Positions 39,951 through 49,733 of a stretch of DNA of 64,000 bases are shown piece after piece (position 1 is the stretch's first letter; every line of letters starts with the position of its first letter). Source of the DNA: Octopus sinensis (taxonomy: Eukaryota); assembly GCF_006345805.1 (NCBI RefSeq), contig NC_043004.1, positions 8,680,001-8,744,000 on the forward strand, read 5' to 3'. The notes under the pieces were generated by a model, which saw only the letters and a program-made list of their open reading frames with translations, searched no databases and was not told the origin of the DNA. A program made the position numbers and the translations under genes.

Positions 39951-41705
39951 ATTTAATTATTTTTTTAATATATTTTTTATTAAAAAATTTTTTTTTTTAT
40001 ATTTTTATATTTATTTATTTATTTATTTATTTATTTTTTTATTTTTTATAAACTATCAAAAAGTATTAAAAGTTTAATAAGATAAAGAGTAAAAACACTA
40101 CGATCGTTTCATGCCTGTAACCAATTCGAATAACAATAATTTAAATTCAATTAATAATTCGAGTTATGGTTACAGTCAATCTTCAGGTTAATTGTAATAT
40201 TTTAATAAATAATCAAAAATATTTAAACAACATTTTTTAAGAAATAAATAATATAATAAATTTTCTTATAAAAAACTCTATTATCAAACTAGAAACTTAA
40301 CGATTATGATAATGTCAAAACAACGATTATAATGTTAAATATTAATTTTAATTATTAAGTATTAATTTTTAAGGTAAGAAACCCGCCAATAATCTAATAT
40401 CAGTAATAGTCAATATATATTACATAAATATTTTACAAAAAAAATGATTATTCATATTATTAAAAAGTAAAATTTAAATAATATATGAAATATAATATAT
40501 AAAATATAAATAATATATAAATTATCAATGAAAATATATAAATGTATATAAATATATAATTAAAATCTAAATAATCTCTATAAATAAATATATATGCACA
40601 TATAATAAAGACCTAATAAATTAATTTTTCATATTTAGAGATGAAATAGCTAATTTCAAAAGTACAAACGAACCATCTTAAACGAACGCTATAGTAAATT
40701 AACTATCTTTATCTCTTTGGCTAAATAATAACTTTCAAAAATCTTATCTTTAAAGTACTTAAAGAAATAATCAATTCGTAGTTATATAGTAACAAATAAA
40801 TACTATAAATATATTTATCAATGGGAATAATGTAACTAGCAAATAACAATTTAAAAAGACAATATATAAGTTAAAATAATAATTATAAGAAATGTAAAAC
40901 TACAATTAATGCTATTAATACACGTATATACATGAATCTAACTTATACAAACTCATATACTTGCTATCAAACAACATATCTATCGCTAAGTAAATTCTTA
41001 CGGATAAACTTAAAGTTAATATCTAATAATTATATAGAAAAATACGATAATTGGATAAACAACGATATATACATAAAAAAACAATAATATTATACCATAA
41101 GACTTATAAATATTAAAATTTAAAGATCTTAAATATAAATATATACTTATCTTAGCGAGGTTTTGTAATGAACAAAAAAAAAATAATTAAATAAAATAAT
41201 AATAATATATATATATATATCTATAATCTATAAGTTTAAATTATTCATTTAAATAATTTTTTAAATTTTTAACTTTAATTTAAATATTTTAATTGGATTT
41301 TTATATTTTATATTTTATATTTTTTATATATTTTTTTAATTAATTTTATTTCTATGTATTGGCTTATGATTTTCATTGTTATTTATACTATAAAATTAGA
41401 TTTAATCCTAAATCTAATTTTTCCCTGTAAGTTTGGATTTACTCCCTAATATTAATATCATTATATATATATATATATATATTTTTATATATTTATATAA
41501 TATAATTATATCATATATAATATAATATGATATTATATATTTACATCACCTTATATTTTTTCAGGTATGGAAAGAATACAAACGGCTTCTAAAGGTGAAA
41601 GAAAAGTCGACTTCTGGCACAAGTACCAAAACTGCTTCGGTTACGAGAAAACCGACTGATGCAGCAAATTACGAAATGGCGGCTCCGAACCACAACAAAC
41701 AGTAA
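15306..41705 (+). CDS. Adhesion GPCR (latrophilin-type GAIN/7TM) with N-terminal C-type lectin domain; 19 coding exons, about 850 aa, 5' signal exon missing
   Basis: Manually spliced exons: 15306-15451, 17777-17913, 19891-20018, 21164-21457, 21754-21854, 22907-23098, 24236-24419, 26175-26288, 27112-27299, 28093-28145, 28782-28902, 29651-29754, 31653-31755, 32661-32814, 33414-33480, 34882-34948, 36947-37035, 38088-38256, 41565-41705. All have AG/GT ends, matching phases and no internal stop (2552 nt). Confidence 0.93.
16880..17165 (+). mobile_element. CR1-clade LINE 3' fragment
   Basis: GFQLFNCQPKEIRNIN...FKK...LDKLLTMVP. Confidence 0.7.
17777..17913 (+). CDS. aGPCR exon, CTLD part 2 (WVGL, equivalent to the WIGL motif)
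   Basis: ttctag|; EVLIKKLMEIITSVEQGTWWVGLSFDIDKETWIWTDRTSYDDSTM(S); |gtaagt. Confidence 0.92.
18770..19070 (+). mobile_element. SINE-like repeat (family 4), decayed
   Basis: Shares the ttgacctg.tagaa...ggctggaat...aacaac body with 14250-14290, 35060-35262 and 45285-45420. Confidence 0.5.
19891..20018 (+). CDS. aGPCR exon, CTLD part 3 (EPN...LND)
   Basis: ttacag|; LWAPGEPNNGLAEEDCAELSFEGKLNDESCLSAKPFICEKMK; |gtaagt. Confidence 0.95.
20590..20965. repeat. (TATG)n microsatellite with an internal 139-bp duplication
   Basis: Seen directly. Confidence 0.95.
21164..21457 (+). CDS. aGPCR exon, S/T/H-rich stalk and first half of HRM
   Basis: cccag|; ...SSDNRTTHSHTSKSSTHHHQ...FCPEQTLLNVKWPRTAAGQHAMMPCPSGS; |gtaagt. 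Confidence 0.93.
21754..21854 (+). CDS. aGPCR exon, second half of HRM
   Basis: cttag|; MAFRKCNSYPVCWEENHNIQNCTSRQIRDFLSK; |gtaagt. Confidence 0.92.
22011..22222 (-). mobile_element. Dong/R4-clade non-LTR retrotransposon 3' end
   Basis: Minus translation KNLPTWLEK/(frameshift)VKVEHLQKSVLLGTARILRR, then a 3' UTR and (CAA)n tail. Confidence 0.8.
22224..22460. repeat. (ATT/ATC)n trinucleotide array
   Basis: Seen directly. Confidence 0.97.
22907..23098 (+). CDS. aGPCR exon, GAIN subdomain A
   Basis: ttccag|; ATSELSKGTNK...KETVESIVT; |gtgagt; 192 nt, phase 0/0. Confidence 0.9.
23150..23450 (-). mobile_element. RTE-clade LINE 3' fragment
   Basis: Minus translation W(Y*)GHVIRMSQERIAKRILQVEPTGKKPKGGPRRNWLD, matching RTE 'WFGHV.RM...R..K......G.R..GRP...W.D'. 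Confidence 0.85.
24236..24419 (+). CDS. aGPCR exon, GAIN
   Basis: cccag|; DVVKIGNNLMSKDQTKAFNNM...IVKKTENI; |gtaatg. Confidence 0.92.
24575..25150 (+). mobile_element. SINE family 1 concatemer (3 units)
   Basis: A-box head at 24577; units restart near 24625, 24808 and 24990; the last unit has tail B. Confidence 0.92.
25385..25800 (+). mobile_element. Tigger/pogo transposon 5' relic
   Basis: MEPIKRK... followed by FGVNDSTIRFI, similar to the CENP-B-type HTH 'YGVNESTIR.I'. Confidence 0.55.
26175..26288 (+). CDS. aGPCR exon, GAIN subdomain B
   Basis: tttcag|; AQLQVLDVDKLEEPEITFHSEGDSFALPSENLRSISK; |gtagga. Confidence 0.9.
27112..27299 (+). CDS. aGPCR exon, GAIN subdomain B
   Basis: tcgcag|; GLAKVVFVTYNSLPDLM...YSKIISASV...LREPVEFSMEHTK; |gtacgc. 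Confidence 0.93.
27657..27888 (-). mobile_element. SINE family 1, full-length monomer (tail A)
   Basis: Reverse complement: ggcggcgagctggcagaaacg A box, GAGTTCAAATTCC B box, body, and ...gggtagtaaagaaata tail. Confidence 0.95.
28093..28145 (+). CDS. aGPCR exon, start of GPS
   Basis: cctcag|; PLPIHVKPRCSFWNMTA(N); |gtaagt. Confidence 0.92.
28782..28902 (+). CDS. aGPCR exon, GPS cleavage site and Stachel
   Basis: ttgtag|; TRPYWSQKGCRMINSDIYQTKCRCNHL|TNFAILMDVEGIE; |gtaatg. Confidence 0.97.
29651..29754 (+). CDS. aGPCR exon, TM1
   Basis: aatcag|; ISYTHQNALRIITYVGCSISMIGLFLSWITFNVV(T); |gtgagt. Confidence 0.95.
30150..30945. repeat. (CATA/CATG)n microsatellite tract
   Basis: Seen directly. 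Confidence 0.97.
30956..31436. mobile_element. Tc1/mariner-type MITE with TIRs of about 98 bp and TA flanks
   Basis: 30956-31053 is a near-perfect reverse complement of 31340-31436; TA|GAGGGC...GCCCTC|TA. Confidence 0.85.
31653..31755 (+). CDS. aGPCR exon, TM2
   Basis: ttccag|; AIRGERNSIHKNLVFCLFVAQLLFMIGVDRTTNK; |gtaggc. Confidence 0.95.
32661..32814 (+). CDS. aGPCR exon, TM3 to start of TM4
   Basis: acacag|; MVCSVFAGLMHYFFLAAFSWMLMEAAKILIMIVQVFKTAKSKMIYYYIFGY; |gtgagt. Confidence 0.95.
33414..33480 (+). CDS. aGPCR exon, TM4-ECL2
   Basis: ttttag|; FPTLVVSISAIVNLDGYGTDR(H); |gtaagt. Confidence 0.94.
34170..34630 (+). mobile_element. Penelope-like element ORF relic (RT to GIY-YIG linker region)
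   Basis: Plus frames ILDKAAP...YNNAL, RPRKVILF, NVGRKFL.LIDKHF..SHRYSKIHNR..IK.S..CCPN. Confidence 0.75.
34882..34948 (+). CDS. aGPCR exon, ECL2-TM5
   Basis: tcgcag|; CWLSTEDYFVWAFNGPVAFVLL; |gtgagt. Confidence 0.95.
35897..36090 (+). repeat. Dispersed repeat of about 200 bp with a hammerhead-like motif
   Basis: CTGTGGAAGAGCATAGGTTCGAAACGT at 35961; homologous to 17300-17410, 36607-36811 and 44455-44610 (all opposite orientation). Confidence 0.8.
36607..36811 (-). repeat. Inverted copy of the same repeat
   Basis: Reverse complement aligns to 35897-36090. Confidence 0.85.
36947..37035 (+). CDS. aGPCR exon, TM5-ICL3
   Basis: atttag|; VNAIILTYALITIYQHSGYVIPDDMVGTI(G); the donor GG|GTGTGT is inferred from the phase-2 requirement. 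Confidence 0.85.
38088..38256 (+). CDS. aGPCR exon, TM6-TM7
   Basis: cttcag|; AWVKGALSLEVILGLTWVFGFFYMNEATLVIAYIFAILNSLQGFFIYCFHCLGNKQ; |gttggt. Confidence 0.96.
38372..38665 (+). mobile_element. tRNA-derived SINE family 2 (internally deleted)
   Basis: ggcgcaggagtg head, ccggttcagcccc B box, ...gactgaaacaag end. Confidence 0.85.
39766..41380. mobile_element. Fold-back element: inverted arms of about 200 bp around 1.2 kb of very AT-rich DNA with a hammerhead core (Penelope-like origin inferred)
   Basis: 39766-39966 is the reverse complement of 41175-41380; minus-strand CTGAAGA...GAAACGATCGTA at 40186-40099. Confidence 0.7.
41565..41705 (+). CDS. aGPCR terminal exon, helix 8 and short C-tail
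   Basis: tttcag|; VWKEYKRLLKVKEKSTSGTSTKT...NHNKQ*. Confidence 0.88.
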   Translation, partial: VWKEYKRLLKVKEKSTSGTSTKTASVTRKPTDAANYEMAAPNHNKQ

Positions 41706-42770
41706 CATTTATCTTCGGGCGCTAGATTTTCTACACATGAACATATGCATATATGTGTATATAAATATATACATAAGCACACATAATTATATATATGCAC
41801 ATGTGTATATATGTGTTATAGAAACATATAATATGCATATGTATATAATATATATATGAGTGTGTGTGGTTTTATTTTGGGAGTCACTTGAGGGCTCTCA
41901 AAGAACACAGAGTGGACAGACAGAAGTAATTTAAAACAACTAAAAGAAATATCCCATCTAAAACGGACAAAAATTTACCTTTTTCATTAAAAAAAACTTT
42001 TGTTTTCATTTTTTTCATTTTCAATTTTTTGTCTTCTGAGAATTGGATCGTACATATTGCAAAGAGAGAGAAAGCTATTTTGTTGCAGAGAATCAAAATC
42101 AAAATAAGCAAAGGTTTGCTTGACAAGCAACAAAATACCCACAAAATATAATCATAATATTATTATTATATAATGATTTCTAACGAAAACTGAAAGGAAA
42201 AAATATTCCAAACACATAAAAGTAATTTTTTTAAAAGAAAAACTTTATTACAAAAAAAAAACAAAAAAAAAAAATGAATACAAAGTACAAGGAGACTGCA
42301 ATGCCACAAGGAAACAATTTTAACGAAAACTGAAAAAGAAAAAACCTGAAACGATAGAGATTTCTATCAACTTAGTTTTGACACAATGATGACGTTTTCA
42401 TCAGGCAAAAATACTTCCTCCTTCAAATTGACTCCAACATGCAAATATGTGTGACATGTACATACTTACATACTTATATATATATATATATAATATATAT
42501 ATTGAAAACACGGACTAAATGCTTGTATACATTTATTACGCAAAAAAGACTTCACTTATCATTTAGTAATAACGAACAATGAATTTCCTTCTCTCACCAT
42601 CGCTCTCCCTCCATTGTTTTCCTCATTCCCTCCTCTCCTCCTGTCTTTCCTAATACCTCTCCCCCGCCTTCACTCATACACACCCACAATCCTCTTTTTG
42701 CTTTATGAGAAGTCGAAACTATTATTATTATTATTATTATTTAGTATTATTATTATCATTATTATTAATC

Positions 42771-42807
<37 letters not shown>

Positions 42808-44419
42808 TTAACAGCGCAAGCAAGCAATCGCATTTGCTGTTACCACTATTATTATTATTAGTAGTAGTAGTAGTACTACTACCACTTACTCCTCCTACCA
42901 CCACCAGTATCATTACCGCCTCCACCGGACATTCACCTGCATCTTGTTACCTTTAATTTAGTCATTAGTTAGAGGATGGAACCTTGAAATTTATTCCAGG
43001 TTTGTTGAATTTAAAAGATTTTTTTTGTTCACTCCTGTTTTATGTTCTCTGCTATTGCTTGGAAATATATTAGCGTTTGCATGTTAAGATTCCAGGTTTG
43101 TTACATAGGTGTGTGTGTGTGTGTGTGTGTGTTGTGTGTGTGCCTGAGTGCGCGTGTGCGTGCGTGCATATGTGAACAAGGGCCGGCTTTAGGATGTTCA
43201 AAACAAACCCAATTAGAACAACATCTGTTTGAACATTTTCTCCAAGTTTAACAAAGTACGAAGTCTGCTGATTGGATGGAAAAAAAAAAGTTGCATGATC
43301 TAAGCTTTATTTTTTAATTAATGGAATATATAAATGTAAATGGAATGATTCTAATGAATTGTGAGTGACGTTTACCAAAGTTTTGTTTTGTTTTAAAGAA
43401 ACCAATGTTAATGTGTCGTAAGAAGACAATTGAAACATTTCAGGCAGGGCCAGTCTTCGGATATTTGTTAAACCGATTTTTGCAAACGTTGTTCATAATT
43501 ATTCTCCTCCAATTCCAGTGATCCATTTAACAATGGTTTACCGTAGACCTATGGGACTCTATTTGCTTTCTATTAAAGCCGGAGTCCGCCTATCTGAAGC
43601 AATCAACTGAACCCAACCTAAAGCCGGCTTTAGAATGTGTTGATTAGGTGATGAGCTTGTTTTGTTCGTTTCTCAGATCTTCCATGTAACCTTGAATATC
43701 AATAAGCAGTTTTAAAACATTCGACTTACATTGTTTTGCTATCTTTTACTTTTGTGTATTTTTTTCCATGTGTGTGGGAGTGAGAGAGCGAAATATTCTT
43801 TTCTCTTTTATGGATAAAATTGAATGAACGTGTAAACGAGTACAGGTACGAATGGCAAGGTGAATAAATAAATGAATTTATAAGACAAAGATAGGAAATA
43901 TCTCCAGCTGTGGCTGGCGGTAATAAAGCAAAAGGTAAGCTTCCGGCATGCTGCGACATCGATGCGGTTCCAGTTCTCGGTTGAAGTAAATTCACTTTCG
44001 TTACATTGCTAGTATCGACAAGAAAATACGATGAACGAATGTTCTTTTCCTTCTTGCATGAAGGTTTGGTGCCTAACCAAGCAACGAGCATCTGACGTCT
44101 ATTTTCCAGTTATTGACCTTTTATCGGAAGTTTGCATCGACAGGATATCGATCCTATTAACTTTGCCCTCTGAATATCGGCTTCCGGATACCAGGTGAAC
44201 CATAAAATGCAGCAACACCAATTGCCAATTCGAACTTTGAACCATGCAAAAGAACTCTACACATATACAAGAGAGGCTTTTTGAGATTTTAAAAATTCTT
44301 CCAAAGATGATTCGCCTCGCCGCTTTTCTGAAATCCTCATTTTATAGATGTCTACACATGTGATTATATGTATGTGTGTGTGCGTGTGTTTGTGTGTGCA
44401 TATACATATACATACATAT

Positions 44420-44458
<39 letters not shown>

Positions 44459-44738
44459 GTGTACGAACAACAAGCAGGTATATTAATTTGACGTTCGGGA
44501 AGGTGAGAAAGTGTTTTACGTTTCGAACCTAAGCTCTTCAACAGAAAGGAATAAAAGAAAATAAACAGAGAAAAAAACTTGTGGATTTAGCGATCAAGCG
44601 TGATGGCTATACCTATATATATATATATATATATATAGTGATGTAAACGGTATAAATAGAACTCAAAATACGAGTATGTGTATATTTTTATCAATATTTA
44701 GCAGATGCTTCAGTCAATTATTAATATAAATATATATA

Positions 44739-45130
44739 GGCGCAAGCGTGGCTGTGTGGTGTGAAGCTTGCTTCCCAACCGCATGGCTTCGGGTTCAGTC
44801 CCACTGCGTGGAATCTTGGGAGAGTATGTTCTACTATAGCCTCGGGCCGACCAAAGCCTTGTGAGTGGATTTGGAAGGCGGAAACTGAAAGAAGCCCATA
44901 TATATATATATTTGTGTGTCTGTGTTTGTCCCCGCCCACCCATCACCACTATCGCTTGACAACCGGTGCTGGTGTGTTTACGTCCCCGTAACTTAGCGGT
45001 TCGACAAAAACGTCCGATAGAATAAGTACTAGGCTTACAAAGAATAAGTCCTGGGGGCGATTTGTTCGACTAAAGGCAGTGCTCCAGCATGGCCGCAGTC
45101 AAATGACTGAAACAAGCAAAAGAATAAAAG
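44739..45130 (+). mobile_element. tRNA-derived SINE family 2, full length
   Basis: ggcgcaagcgtggctgtgtgg A box, GGGTTCAGTCCC B box, central (TA/TG)n, ...aaatgactgaaacaag tail. Confidence 0.92.
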
Positions 45131-45544
45131 ACTCTAGATAGACTTATAGATAGATAGACAGACAGACTGATAATCGATCGATCGATCGATAGATAGATAG
45201 ATAGATAGATAGTTGTGTGTGTGTATTATATGTATAAAAACATGAATGTAGATGTGGATATATTTATATGTGTATATTCGTGGTGTCTGGTAGGAGCCAC
45301 AAAATCTCCATGAAATGCCATCCTAACTTTTCATACAAAAACGTAATGGATGGTTGAGGCTGAGTTGTCTGAAAAGATTATAATGTTGTGGCTGGAATGC
45401 CTTTAACAATTGGTTATCTTTGTCAAACCAAACCGTCGGTTAAACAACGACACCTTCGTAGGGAACCACCAAATCTTATATGGGGTGGGGGCGGTCTGTA
45501 GACTGGAATGTGAAATCTCGAATCAATCAGGGCGCAAGATATTG

Positions 45545-45931
45545 CTTGTTTCGGTCTTTGGACTGTGGCCATGCTGGGGCACCGCCTTGACGGCATTAGT
45601 CCAAACAATCCACAGTAATACCTGTTTTGTAAGTTTTGTACTTCGTCAATCGGTCTCTTTTGCCGAACCGTTAAGTTATAGAAACGGAAACAAACCAACA
45701 AGGGTTGTCAAGTAGTAGTGGAGAGACAAAGTAGCATACATACATACACTTGCATACATGTATGTATGATGGGTTTCCACGCAGTTTCCATCTTCTAAAT
45801 GAATTTCCAAAGATAGGTCGGTCCGGGGCTATTATAGAAAGCACTTATCCAATATGCCGCGCAGAGGAATTGAACCTGAAACCACGTCGCTGCAAAGCAA
45901 GCTTTTGAAACTCACAGCTACGCATGCGCCT
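45545..45931 (-). mobile_element. SINE family 2, decayed, inverted relative to 44739
   Basis: Reverse complement aligns with the head and tail of 44739-45130. Confidence 0.8.
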
Positions 45932-46032
45932 GTATACCCAATTAAAATATTAAGTAAACTATTACATTTCTCAAATATGATTCCCGGAAGCAGACACCAT
46001 AAATAACCGGATGTTTTTCCAGTAACTCCATT

Positions 46033-46060
46033 TACGAGGGGCGTATGAAAAGTTGTTTTG
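46033..46060 (+). mobile_element. mariner-type TIR
   Basis: TA|CGAGGGGCGTATGAAAAGTT; no partner TIR found. Confidence 0.4.
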
Positions 46061-49021
46061 AGCCTTCAAGGCCTTTGACCCTTGAAGTTTTGAACCTTTA
46101 TCAGAAGTCTTGTACCATGTTTTGTTTATTTAAGGCTCAACACTTTTCATACACCCCTCCTATGTTCTTTTTAATAACTACACTACTTTTTTTGTCCCTA
46201 TCCAAAACCTACGCACATCAATTCATTTCCTTATAAAATACTTTATTTAGTATATTTGCTTCAGATTTCTTTGTTGTTTATATTTAAATTCCTTAATAAT
46301 GGTAGGGCAAACGCAGTGGAATAACTCCTCAGAGGAAATTTCTTCTGCAATGCTTGGTCTAATCCCAGACTTAAAGACTTGGGGACTGACATGTCTTATG
46401 GAAAGATATGTTTGTTCCAGTTCTTTTTTTTTACACCCGATCCATTGAATCAAGAATATGGCTGATTGTCTGTTCAGGAGAAGAAAGCCATGACATCAAA
46501 AAGTAAACTAAATGATGCTGAACTTTCATCTCGTTTACAAGAGGATGAAAGTTCTGCAACTTCTTTGCTGAATCCCCTACAAAAAAAGATTTGTCTAAAG
46601 GGATCAAACGTTTGTGCTGTACATAAAATCGCTCCTTCCATCAAATAGACGCTGCCTGAACAGAAGCATCGTGTACTACGCATTAGGTGTCAAAGTGATC
46701 GCATAGAAACACGAGATGGAGTGTTTTGCTCAAGAGCACAACATAGCGCCCGGTCCGAGAATCGAAATCGCGATCTTGAATGCAACGCCGTAACCACAAC
46801 ACCTCACTCATTCATAGAAAGGCAACTAATACATTTAGTATAATAACCGTATTGATATTTATGTTGCATATCACATGAATCGGCAGAGGTTCGTGCAGAC
46901 GGTTCAGGAGGAGATAAGAGAGAATGTTAGAAACCTAGTTCCAACTTTACTGCATTCATAGATTCGATTCCAATAACAAATGTTTTCCATTTTTCACCTT
47001 TCCATGGATAGATAAAATTAGGCTCAAAGTGAGCCCAAAATTGCGAGTGCAGGCTGTTGGAATTTCGCTTCTTACCAGTGCTGACACTGTACAATCTTTT
47101 CCACTGACAAATCTGAGATCTTATAGTTACACAAGAAATTTATTTAGTATTTACTCTAAAAACGTTAGTGATTTCTAACAATATAAAATATGGAGTAAAG
47201 AACCCACGTCTTAGCTGTTACTGGTTTTATTTATTGGCGAAAAAATGAAAGTCAAAGTCGACAGCCGACGGATTTGAACACAGATCGCAAGGAGGATTAA
47301 CTAAGTAACCTCTCTTGTCTTAGTCGTCTACACCTCCATCATGATAATGATGATGATAATGATAAGGACGTTTTCTATTGGGTGAAGGCCATATATATAT
47401 ATATATATATATATGTTACTATATACAAAATTTTCTAACATTTTTCTAACATAACGACTTAAATATATTCTTTAACCTTATAACACAAGCCTTCTGTAGT
47501 TTTTTTCCCTCTTTTTTATTTTTTATACATCCAACCACGTGCTTTCACACACCAAATCTCTCACCTATATATTTATATATATATGAGAAATATTAATTGA
47601 ATCGACACCAGTGCTTAATTTATCGACTCCTGAAAGGGGAAAGAAACAGTTCGACAATTGAACAAAGGAAATAGAAAGAAGAAATGAAAGCCATTTTGTC
47701 CGATGATGCACCATTTCAGCAACTATTGAAGAAAAGATGCAGTTGATGAAATCCTCGTTCTCAGCACCAGACTAGAAGTAAAATAGCTTAGTCGTTGCTT
47801 GCAAGCGAGTAGGATCTGATTGTTTCTACTAAGTTTTTGCACCTTGTTTCAGGTACGTTTGTAACCGCGGACAAACATACCCTCTTCTTGATCCACCCTC
47901 TCCCTTGATCATGCGGCAAGTCCAGGATGCAATAGATGAGCGGGGCTGTATCAGCAGCACTAGGCTTGTACTTCGTTTCAGCTGACTAAACTGAAGCGAC
48001 ATGAAATGATACGCCACGCGGTCTGGGAATTGAACCCATAACCTTACGATCGAGAGCCCCAACACTCTGCTCACTAGGCCACGTATCTTCACAAACCAGG
48101 GATGAAATCATTTATCAATATTAGAAAAATGAATGAAAGCAAACTCAACCTGGGCGGGATTTGAATTCAATAGGATAATGGACAGTGATCGTTAAAGTAC
48201 TAACCATTGAATACCTGATTGTCTCTCTGTCATATTCTGTTTTTAGGATGCAGTTACAGCTGGGGTCCTCGGAAATAAAAATGCTTAAATGTCTGCTTTG
48301 AAATAATTTCGTCATATTGTGATCGCCGATTAAAGAAAATCTTCTGTCAATTGTTTTGAATGCGATCAGAGGATGGTTTAACCGGTCAGCAGTTTTTCTC
48401 AAAGAAGTAGTTCTGAATATTCAGATGTGACCCATTCACCGTATTTACTCGTGTTTAAGTCGCATTGAGTTTAACTGAAAGGAAAACATTTTGTATTATG
48501 ATTTGAGACTAAAGTAAAGGTAAAATTCGTCGTGACTCTTCTCTGTCTCAGCTCCAGTCCTTACCATAAACGATTTCTTCCAGAAAGAGGGAGAGGAGTA
48601 TTTTACTGGTTGAGTCTGGAGGCCATAAAGGTAAAGTTGGCCTCGAGCGATTGAAATTCTGAGTCCGGAAAGCTGGAACGAATTCTTTAGATATTTTAGC
48701 CGACGCAGTCACAGTTCAACGGATTCACTGCCAGAAATAAATCAAACAAACCACCATTGATTAGACAGTGTGTGTGGGAAACACAGGGTAGTGTTGCACT
48801 AAATGTATTTAGTTCAGCCTTCTTACGGTCAAATGCCGCCATGCGCACTGTTACCTTCTTGTTTTAGATTGATGCTCTGTGATAGACTTAAATGCTACCT
48901 CAACAAATTTTCAGTTCAAGATTGCGTCGTACAACAAATTGTCGTACGATCCAAGGTGACATGGTTTCAATTCCCGAACGGAGTCATTTTATTTCACTTT
49001 CCATTGTTAATACACGAGACT

Positions 49022-49145
49022 AAGGAGGCGAGCTGGCAGAATTGTTAGCATGCCGGTCAAAATGCTAAGCGACATTTCGTCCGTCTTTACGTTCTAAATT
49101 CAAATTTGTTTTTCATCCTTTCGATAAAATAAGTACCAGTTGAAC
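49022..49145 (+). mobile_element. SINE family 1, decayed
   Basis: aggaggcgagctggcagaattgttagcatgccgg head with a partial body. Confidence 0.8.
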
Positions 49146-49322
49146 CCATTTGGTTACTTAGAACCCAGCGTTGAGACGATCAGGAATTTGGGTTTTTTTT
49201 CTCACTCCTGTGAGTAATGTGGACCTGACTCATGCTACAAAGTCAGACATGCATCATTTGAAGTTTCACAGGTATGAGGAAGGATACATGCATACATACA
49301 TACATGCATACATACATACATA

Positions 49323-49359
<37 letters not shown>

Positions 49360-49619
49360 ATATATATATATATTTAACTGAGAATGTGTGTGCGTAAACC
49401 TACGTAACTTCTGAAGCTCACAACTGATTTTCTCCAAACTGGGAACAAACATTACTTATGTTCCAGAGATGGTTTTAAGCTCTTAAAATTTTTCACATAG
49501 TGAGCAATAGGGCACCTGGGTCAGAAAACACCCCTTCTTGTATAAACAATACGAATGATTACATAACTCCGTTGATGACGTACTTATGTTAATTTCTCTA
49601 CCTCGTATATATGTACATA

Positions 49620-49656
49620 TATATATATATATATAAAATCGAGGATGTGTGTGTAA

Positions 49657-49733
<77 letters not shown>

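Noticed and set aside
39970-41170. Mitochondrial insertion or intact Penelope RT in the AT-rich interior
   Set aside because: No recognisable mitochondrial gene; only a faint AINTRI..TYTN resemblance to the PLE 'AMGT.M.P.YAN' motif, too weak to call
43918-43944. 27-nt exon-like segment (tctccag|...aaaag|gtaagc)
   Set aside because: Good splice signals but no partner exons or recognisable product
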